From positions 1 to 52,643 of the IMG/VR virus record IMGVR_UViG_3300023116_000065: a stretch of DNA of 52,643 bases; one strand, 5' to 3'. Below are positions 1 to 5,063 of the stretch, one piece after another (the stretch's first letter is position 1; every line of letters begins with the position of its first letter). The notes under the pieces are model-generated. The model had not been told where the DNA came from, made no database searches, and saw only the letters and a list, made by a program, of their open reading frames with translations. Source of the DNA: a virus. Taxonomy: Duplodnaviria > Caudoviricetes. The translations under genes were made by a program, and so were the position numbers.

Positions 1-19
1 TGTAGTCATCTAAGCGAGC

Positions 20-48
20 ATGTTAACACAAAACTCTGAAAATGTCAA
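20..48 (-). promoter_or_regulatory. Leftward sigma70-type promoter (TTGACA-17 bp-TAACAT)
   Basis: Plus-strand TGTCAA 43-48 and ATGTTA 20-25 read TTGACA-N17-TAACAT on the minus strand. Confidence 0.55.
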
Positions 49-60
49 GACCTCAAAAAT

Positions 61-366
61 CTAGTCTAGGGGTTGACAAAAATCTCGACTAGGTTTATAA
101 TAACTCTACTAGATTCAACTAGATTTCATATAATCTCGACTAGATCATAACTAGCTCATAAAACTCTACTAGACCCCTCTAGAATCGTCTATAACACGTC
201 TAAACTAGATCTCTACTAGATTGTACTAGATTCTTCGTAATTCATAACTAGACGCACTAGATCATGTATACGTATATGTACTAGATCATAACTAGATCAT
301 GTATACATGTGTACTAGATCATGCGTGTATATGTGTACTAGATGAGCGAGAATGCGTGTACTAGAT
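61..366. repeat. CTAG/ACTAGAT short-repeat array (iteron-like)
   Basis: About 19 CTAG in about 305 bp. Longer units include AATCTCGACTAG (81-92, 132-143), CTCTACTAGA, CATAACTAG and TGTACTAGAT. Confidence 0.85.
73..101 (+). promoter_or_regulatory. Perfect-consensus sigma70 promoter
   Basis: TTGACA 73-78, 17-bp spacer, TATAAT 96-101. Confidence 0.8.
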
Positions 367-396
367 GTACATGTACATACATACACACGCTCACCC

Positions 397-492
397 CACT
401 CACCCCTACCCACACCATTAATGCGTGTTATGTGATATTATGTGTGTGCATGTATGTACGTTGTGTATACATGGTGTGGGTAGGGGTGAGTG
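397..492. repeat. Perfect 22-bp inverted repeat
   Basis: CACTCACCCCTACCCACACCAT 397-418 is the exact reverse complement of 471-492. Confidence 0.95.
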
Positions 493-496
493 ATAG

Positions 497-582
497 TTTT
501 CCCCAGAATTTCTGTCTCAAGGGGGGAGAATCGATGAAATTCTTATAGTTTTCCACAGAATATTATAAAACTGTGGAAAACT
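497..582. promoter_or_regulatory. DnaA-box-like sites; putative origin element
   Basis: TTTTCCACA 549-557 (+) and TGTGGAAAA 572-580 (-) lie within a 12-bp inverted repeat around a pure A/T spacer. TTTTCCCCA 497-505 has one mismatch. Confidence 0.5.
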
Positions 583-637
583 TTTGTTTTGCTAATATTA
601 GTGATATCACGTATACACCACGTAATCAAGTACTATT

Positions 638-694
638 GTGACAGTTTCTGAACTGTCCACTAATTGCCCCATTCGTGCTCGGATGGGGTATTAT
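638..694 (+). promoter_or_regulatory. Early promoter with palindromic operator, copy 1
   Basis: GTGACAGTT-TCTG-AACTGTCCAC 638-660; -10 TATTAT 689-694. Confidence 0.7.
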
Positions 695-715
695 ATTATC
701 AATCGCAAGAATTCC

Positions 716-922
716 ATGGCAGATCGTATCATCGATCGTGACAAGTTGCAAGATCTTTATATCAATGAGATAATTGATGGAATGGATGTTAAAGATCTGT
801 GTGCGTTAGTTTATGACTACATGGACCAAAATCTTGAGTCGTATAGTGTTAATGAACTGATCGCAGAAGTTGAAGAGTATTACCCTGAACTTCTGGTAGA
901 AAGTGAAGCAAACTCTCAGTGA
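716..922 (+). CDS. Hypothetical acidic early protein (68 aa, MADRIIDRDKLQ...)
   Basis: ATG 716 lies downstream of the promoter; the ORF-track start at 638 falls inside the operator. Confidence 0.75.
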   Translation: MADRIIDRDKLQDLYINEIIDGMDVKDLCALVYDYMDQNLESYSVNELIAEVEEYYPELLVESEANSQ

Positions 923-926
923 GTTC

Positions 927-1009
927 TTAACACAAACTGGGCAGCCGCCCGTGGACGGTTGGCACAGTGTCCACCATTCGCCCCATTGCCCCCGATTCTG
1001 TGCCATCAT
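927..1009 (+). promoter_or_regulatory. Early promoter with palindromic operator, copy 2
   Basis: TTAACACAAACTGGGCAGCCGCCC, then GTGGACGGTT-GGCA-CAGTGTCCAC 951-974; extended -10 TGcCATCAT 1001-1009. Confidence 0.7.
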
Positions 1010-1015
1010 ACCTGT

Positions 1016-1186
1016 ATGAACAAAACCACTTCCAATCCCTACATCGCTCAGATCTACGCCAAGGGTCGCGACTACGTGCCCACCCCTGCTAAGATGGGTG
1101 AGTTCCCCAAGACCGTTCACGGTCGCGTCTTTGAGACTGAAGAAGAGTATCGCGAGGCAATCGCTGACATGCTCAACGGTCTCTGA
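1016..1186 (+). CDS. Hypothetical early protein (56 aa, MNKTTSNPYIAQIYAKG...)
   Basis: ATG 1016 directly follows the -10 element; the upstream in-frame extension is promoter DNA. Confidence 0.75.
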   Translation: MNKTTSNPYIAQIYAKGRDYVPTPAKMGEFPKTVHGRVFETEEEYREAIADMLNGL

Positions 1187-1188
1187 TT

Positions 1189-1389
1189 ATGTACACTGAT
1201 CCTTGCACTTTTGCCATGAATTCCTTCAACTTTTATCTGCAATCGCTTCCCTCATTCATCACTCAAAACGATGCCGATTGGTGCATGGTTTATGATTGGA
1301 TGGAGGATATGTGTGGTCCTCTGAAAGATTATCACTGGGAAGAAGTTGCCCAAGTGTATAAAGAATTCAACAACGATTCTCGCTACTGA
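1189..1389 (+). CDS. Hypothetical protein (66 aa)
   Basis: Starts 2 nt after the previous stop; the true start may be the second Met. Confidence 0.65.
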   Translation: MYTDPCTFAMNSFNFYLQSLPSFITQNDADWCMVYDWMEDMCGPLKDYHWEEVAQVYKEFNNDSRY

Positions 1390-1394
1390 TACAA

Positions 1395-1556
1395 ATGACC
1401 ATCACAGAACGTAATCAGAAACTCTACGAACTGCGTGAGAGTTTGCTTAAGGCAAGGGCACAAGTTGCCTGGATCGAACAAGAGATCTGGTTGACCAACC
1501 AAAGGTATAAGAACCAGGATCTTGATTTGTATCAAGAAATGTTCGGCACTAATTAA
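1395..1556 (+). CDS. Hypothetical coiled-coil protein (53 aa), below the ORF-track cutoff
   Basis: Manual translation MTITERNQKLYELRESLLKARAQVAWIEQEIWLTNQRYKNQDLDLYQEMFGTN*; it fills the gap between neighbouring genes. Confidence 0.7.
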   Translation: MTITERNQKLYELRESLLKARAQVAWIEQEIWLTNQRYKNQDLDLYQEMFGTN

Positions 1557-1633
1557 CACAAACTGGGCGGCTGCCCGACCAGTTGGGCAAGTGTCCACCA
1601 AATCCCCCAGACCCTGCCAGGGGATGCCATACT
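1553..1633 (+). promoter_or_regulatory. Early promoter with palindromic operator, copy 3
   Basis: TTAACACAAACTGGGCGGCTGCCC, then GACCAGTT-GGGC-AAGTGTCCAC 1577-1598; extended -10 TGcCATACT 1625-1633. Confidence 0.7.
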
Positions 1634-1658
1634 AATCACATCAACCAAACGAACCACC

Positions 1659-1910
1659 ATGAACGGTTACGCCAACTACGAAACCTGGAACGCTGCCCTC
1701 TGGATCGGCAACGATGAGTTTCTCTACAACACTGCTAAGGCATGTGTGACCTACCGTGAGGTGGGCATTGAGACTGCCTGGGAGAAGTTCGTGCGCTGCA
1801 TGACTGACGGGCAGATCGGTCGCCATCTGGAAACCACGGGTGACGGTGTGCGCTGGGATGACCCTGCCATCGATGCCCAAGAGATGGAGGAGATGATCTG
1901 GGAACTGTGA
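1659..1910 (+). CDS. Conserved phage hypothetical protein (NGYANYETWNAALWI motif)
   Basis: N-terminal NGxxNYETWN motif recognised from small phage proteins; has its own promoter. Confidence 0.8.
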   Translation: MNGYANYETWNAALWIGNDEFLYNTAKACVTYREVGIETAWEKFVRCMTDGQIGRHLETTGDGVRWDDPAIDAQEMEEMIWEL

Positions 1911-1957
1911 GGGGTCGCCCCTTCCCGTGATACAATACCACCAACGACACCCGAACC

Positions 1958-2161
1958 ATGTTTGCAGTCCAACCCATCGCCTGGAAAAAATTCGATGAGC
2001 ACGGCGCCCAGTACTCCTGCAGCATTCACAGCGCCTATAGGATCGGGCAGCAGTGGGGAGAGCCCTGCATGATCTGGCGCCTGACCTCAGGTCAACCGAT
2101 CCGCTGGTGTCGCACCGATGCCAACACCAATGCCATCGCTGATCTGGTGTTCGGTTGCTGA
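1958..2161 (+). CDS. Hypothetical protein (67 aa)
   Basis: Extended -10 TGaTACAAT 1928-1936 upstream; A/C-rich leader. Confidence 0.7.
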   Translation: MFAVQPIAWKKFDEHGAQYSCSIHSAYRIGQQWGEPCMIWRLTSGQPIRWCRTDANTNAIADLVFGC

Positions 2162-2204
2162 ACTGTCCACTTTTGTGGCACAGCGCCCCCATCTCCTGTA
2201 TCTT
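2149..2204 (+). promoter_or_regulatory. Early promoter with palindromic operator, copy 4
   Basis: GTTCGGTT-GCTG-AACTGTCCAC 2149-2170; -10 TATCTT 2199-2204. Confidence 0.6.
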
Positions 2205-2231
2205 TAAGAAGTCAACCGCACAGCACCTAAC

Positions 2232-2558
2232 ATGCGAAAGATCGAATCCCAAATGAACGCTGCCATCTCCAACGGCAAGAACTGGAGCAGCGCCAACACC
2301 AGCGTGACCCATACTGATGAGGTCGCCCAGGTCCGACTCCATGGCAACCTGATCGCTGAGATCGGTGACAATTTCATCCGCCTGTTTGATGGTGGGCATC
2401 AGACCAACACCACCAAGTCGCGCCTGAATGCCATCCTGGCAGAGCACGGCGAACCCTGTGATCGCGTCTTTCAGAAGGATTGGTCCTGGTTCGTGACCAT
2501 GGGAACCGCTCAGGGTCCGACCACCGTTCCGTTCTTCTCCTCCATGCGCCTGGGGTGA
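2232..2558 (+). CDS. Conserved cyanophage hypothetical protein (MRKIESQMNAAI...TTKSRLNAIL)
   Basis: Recognisable cyanophage early-region protein pattern; downstream of a promoter. Confidence 0.8.
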   Translation: MRKIESQMNAAISNGKNWSSANTSVTHTDEVAQVRLHGNLIAEIGDNFIRLFDGGHQTNTTKSRLNAILAEHGEPCDRVFQKDWSWFVTMGTAQGPTTVPFFSSMRLG

Positions 2559-2566
2559 TCCCCCCC

Positions 2567-2582
2567 GATCTGCTACAATATC
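2567..2582 (+). promoter_or_regulatory. Extended -10 promoter element GATCTGCTACAATATC, copy 1
   Basis: Contains TGcTACAAT; an identical 16-mer occurs at 2828-2843. Confidence 0.7.
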
Positions 2583-2601
2583 AAAGAACGACACCGACAC
2601 C

Positions 2602-2829
2602 ATGCGCGACTTCGCCATCATCCTGGAAACCGACTCCACTGCCACCGCTGAGATCCGATTGTTCCCCCTTCGCCGTCGTGCCATGATTTTCTGGCACAGC
2701 GGCAGCATCTCATCCCACACCGTCCGCCGTCGTGATATGGTCCGCCTGCTTGCTGACCTTAAGCAATCGGCAGGGCAATGGGTCAACCGCTACGCCTTCG
2801 ATTATCCGACGACTTCCCTCGTCTGGTGA
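2602..2829 (+). CDS. Hypothetical protein (75 aa)
   Basis: ORF lies between the two identical promoter elements. Confidence 0.65.
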   Translation: MRDFAIILETDSTATAEIRLFPLRRRAMIFWHSGSISSHTVRRRDMVRLLADLKQSAGQWVNRYAFDYPTTSLVW

Positions 2830-2843
2830 TCTGCTACAATATC
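2828..2843 (+). promoter_or_regulatory. Extended -10 promoter element GATCTGCTACAATATC, copy 2
   Basis: Identical to 2567-2582; 24 nt before ATG 2868. Confidence 0.7.
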
Positions 2844-2867
2844 CCTAACGATCCAAACCAACGGACC

Positions 2868-3365
2868 ATGACTCACACCGCTCTCATCGAATCCCTCCCC
2901 ATCTATCAGAAGTGGGAGAGCAGCAAGCAAAGCATCTGGGAAGGCAGCAAGTTTCAGTCCTTCCGAAACATCCCCTCTCCCAAATCCAAAGGCGCCCAGG
3001 GCGAGCGTCTGGTTGAGCAGGTGATGGAGGCGCTCGGGCATCGTGTCGATCGTCCCGCTTCGTCGGAGCATGATCGGATCATCAACGGCATTAAGACTGA
3101 GATCAAGGTGAGCACCACCTGGAATGAGACCCTGGACAATTGGACCTGGCAGCAGATCAGGGAACAGGATTACGATCGGATCATCTTCGTCGGCATCAAC
3201 CCCAACGACGTGAGCATCTGGTGGGCGACGAAGGATGACCTCCGCCAGTTCGTGCTTGGTCGTGATGACCACCGCCAACATGCTGGCAAGGACGGCGGGC
3301 AGGAACTTTACTGGATCCAAGGCAGCGGCAAGCGCCCCTGGTTTCGTGATCTGGCAGACTTCTGA
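2868..3365 (+). CDS. Putative PD-(D/E)xK restriction-endonuclease-like nuclease (165 aa)
   Basis: KGAQGERLV helix followed by EHDRIINGIKTEIKVS (E...D...ExK); start moved to ATG 2868, after the promoter. Confidence 0.65.
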   Translation: MTHTALIESLPIYQKWESSKQSIWEGSKFQSFRNIPSPKSKGAQGERLVEQVMEALGHRVDRPASSEHDRIINGIKTEIKVSTTWNETLDNWTWQQIREQDYDRIIFVGINPNDVSIWWATKDDLRQFVLGRDDHRQHAGKDGGQELYWIQGSGKRPWFRDLADF

Positions 3366-3374
3366 TCCTACCAC

Positions 3375-3400
3375 GGCGGGGCGGGTGCCTCGCCTTTTTT
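3375..3400 (+). terminator. Rho-independent terminator
   Basis: GGCGGGGC-GGGT-GCCTCGCC stem followed by a T-run, directly after the last early gene. Confidence 0.85.
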
Positions 3401-3575
3401 GAAAAAACAAAAAAGGTGTTTTGGCAGTGTTATTGAGAACGGTCGCGTCTTATTGCGAACGCACCGTATATTAATCTAATGGGTCCCTCTAACCTACAAA
3501 ACTTTGAAAACGAGCGATAAGTATTCTGTTTTCGAATTTGCAAAAGGGGAACCTAGTGATCAAAAAAATTTTCCG

Positions 3576-3584
3576 TGGTATAAT
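3576..3584 (+). promoter_or_regulatory. Extended -10 promoter
   Basis: TGgTATAAT, 23 nt before ATG 3608. Confidence 0.65.
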
Positions 3585-3607
3585 ACATACTATAGGTCAT
3601 TCAAATT

Positions 3608-3802
3608 ATGGACAATTACAACATCTATTGCCGAGGTCGCCGTATTTACTCCGAGGTTTCCGAAGACGAAATGTTGGATATTCTCGCAGGATTCGCAGAA
3701 GACTTTCATAGTACGGGCGAGCCTGATCCTGACGAAATTGCTGTAGAATTGATAGAAAACAATGGAAAAGCAAGATACCTCACAAAACCCCCCACAGTTT
3801 GA
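3608..3802 (+). CDS. Hypothetical protein (64 aa)
   Basis: ORF after the promoter; acidic and protein-like. Confidence 0.7.
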   Translation: MDNYNIYCRGRRIYSEVSEDEMLDILAGFAEDFHSTGEPDPDEIAVELIENNGKARYLTKPPTV

Positions 3803-3950
3803 ATTATATTATCGAGTGCCGATGCGAACAGATCATGTATTACTTTCAGAAGCACTTGATGAACTTTTCAGAAGATTAGAAAAATTAGAAAAAAATCTCG
3901 ATGTCATTTCACGCCGCCTACCCCCTGACAGTGGGGTACACACTAGTTGA
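3762..3950 (+). CDS. Hypothetical protein (62 aa, short coiled coil)
   Basis: Heptad stretch LDELFRRLEKLEKNL; overlaps both neighbours. Confidence 0.55.
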   Translation: MEKQDTSQNPPQFELYYRVPMRTDHVLLSEALDELFRRLEKLEKNLDVISRRLPPDSGVHTS

Positions 3951-4716
3951 TAAGAATCTATTATCTACTGTCAGACTTCATGATTCATGGTCTGATGTAA
4001 TTGTAGTATCAATTGCACCAAGTCCATTAGGGACACCATGGCCAATTACAATTATTGAAGCGAGGGTAGAGTTTGATAATTTTGCGAAGACAGTTATAAG
4101 AGCACCTGGTAGTGGACAACCAGGGGATTGTAAAGCATGGACTGAGGGATCAGTTGATATTTTATCAAAAGAGATGAAGATTTTAGATCCCGATAATGAT
4201 TCAACGAAAGTGATTAGTGGAGTTACGTATCCGATAATTTTTGCACCAGGGGGAATGACATTTTCTGGTCAATACACTAAGGTATTATTTCCATGTGATA
4301 AGGTTGAATATTTGGATGATAATACTACAGATGCAAATATAGTTGAAGCTCATCCTTATGCGGATGAGGAAGGTACGAAAAGTTTATATATTGAAAAACT
4401 ACCAAGTTCATATGATCATCTTACCGAGTTTAGACCTGATCCAACACATGACGTAACATTAACATATCATATTCATGTTGTATATCAGGGTGGATTTTTT
4501 CCTGGTGATCCTGCGAATGGTATTGCTCCAATTACGATTCCATCTGGGTATGAGATTCATACAATTACTCAGAAGGTACTAAATAATCCAGATGATAATG
4601 TTCCAATTATTAACTACTTGCTACGTAAAGAAATTGGTGTAACTGCACAGCAAGAGAAGTATGGTTGGGGTGAAGAGGATCCAAAATATAAAGCATATAG
4701 TTTATACGAAGAATAA
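3901..4716 (+). CDS. Hypothetical, probably baseplate/hub-associated protein (271 aa; start uncertain)
   Basis: Long ORF ending 1 nt before the PAAR ATG. Confidence 0.7.
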   Translation: MSFHAAYPLTVGYTLVDKNLLSTVRLHDSWSDVIVVSIAPSPLGTPWPITIIEARVEFDNFAKTVIRAPGSGQPGDCKAWTEGSVDILSKEMKILDPDNDSTKVISGVTYPIIFAPGGMTFSGQYTKVLFPCDKVEYLDDNTTDANIVEAHPYADEEGTKSLYIEKLPSSYDHLTEFRPDPTHDVTLTYHIHVVYQGGFFPGDPANGIAPITIPSGYEIHTITQKVLNNPDDNVPIINYLLRKEIGVTAQQEKYGWGEEDPKYKAYSLYEE

Positions 4717-4717
4717 A

Positions 4718-5062
4718 ATGCCAGCAGCGACTCGAATTGGTGATGCAGATCTTGTCCATTGTTCTGGAATGGTTAGAGCAAAGGGATCTAGGGATGTTTT
4801 TGTCAACGGAATTTCATGGAGTTTACAGACACATAACAATACTGCACACTTACTTCCTGGTGATCCTTGCCCCACACATGCAGCACCCATCAGTCGTGGC
4901 GATCAAACGGTATTTGTTAATAATATTCCTTGCGGAAGAATTGGAGATCCAACGTGTACCGCAGTAGGAAAAGGATCTAGGAATGTTTTCGCAGGTGATG
5001 CTGCAGCTGCACTCAATGCACCAACTAATGTAACACTTACAACCGCACAAGTGAACGCATGA
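4718..5062 (+). CDS. gp5.4: PAAR spike-tip protein (T4 gp5.4-like)
   Basis: MPAATRIGD...HC...GSRDVFVNG...H...CPTH...GRIGDPTC...GSRNVFAG. Confidence 0.92.
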   Translation: MPAATRIGDADLVHCSGMVRAKGSRDVFVNGISWSLQTHNNTAHLLPGDPCPTHAAPISRGDQTVFVNNIPCGRIGDPTCTAVGKGSRNVFAGDAAAALNAPTNVTLTTAQVNA

Positions 5063-5063
5063 T

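Noticed and set aside
61-366. Possible CRISPR mini-array
   Set aside because: Repeat units are 4-12 bp with irregular short gaps; no repeat-spacer periodicity and no cas genes.
342-548. 68-aa Cys/Val/Tyr-rich ORF
   Set aside because: Translation of low-complexity TGTA/CACA repeats and inverted-repeat arms; no RBS.
1641-2786. 381-aa minus-strand ORF (also 1735-2025, 1751-2029, 806-1120, 1383-1601)
   Set aside because: Antisense shadows of plus-strand genes that have their own promoters; stop codons are scarce in GC-rich DNA.
2802-3410. 202-aa minus-strand ORF
   Set aside because: Antisense to the nuclease gene and crosses its terminator.
3504-3746. 80-aa plus-strand ORF
   Set aside because: TTG start, spans the promoter, and overlaps the better-supported ORF 3608-3802.
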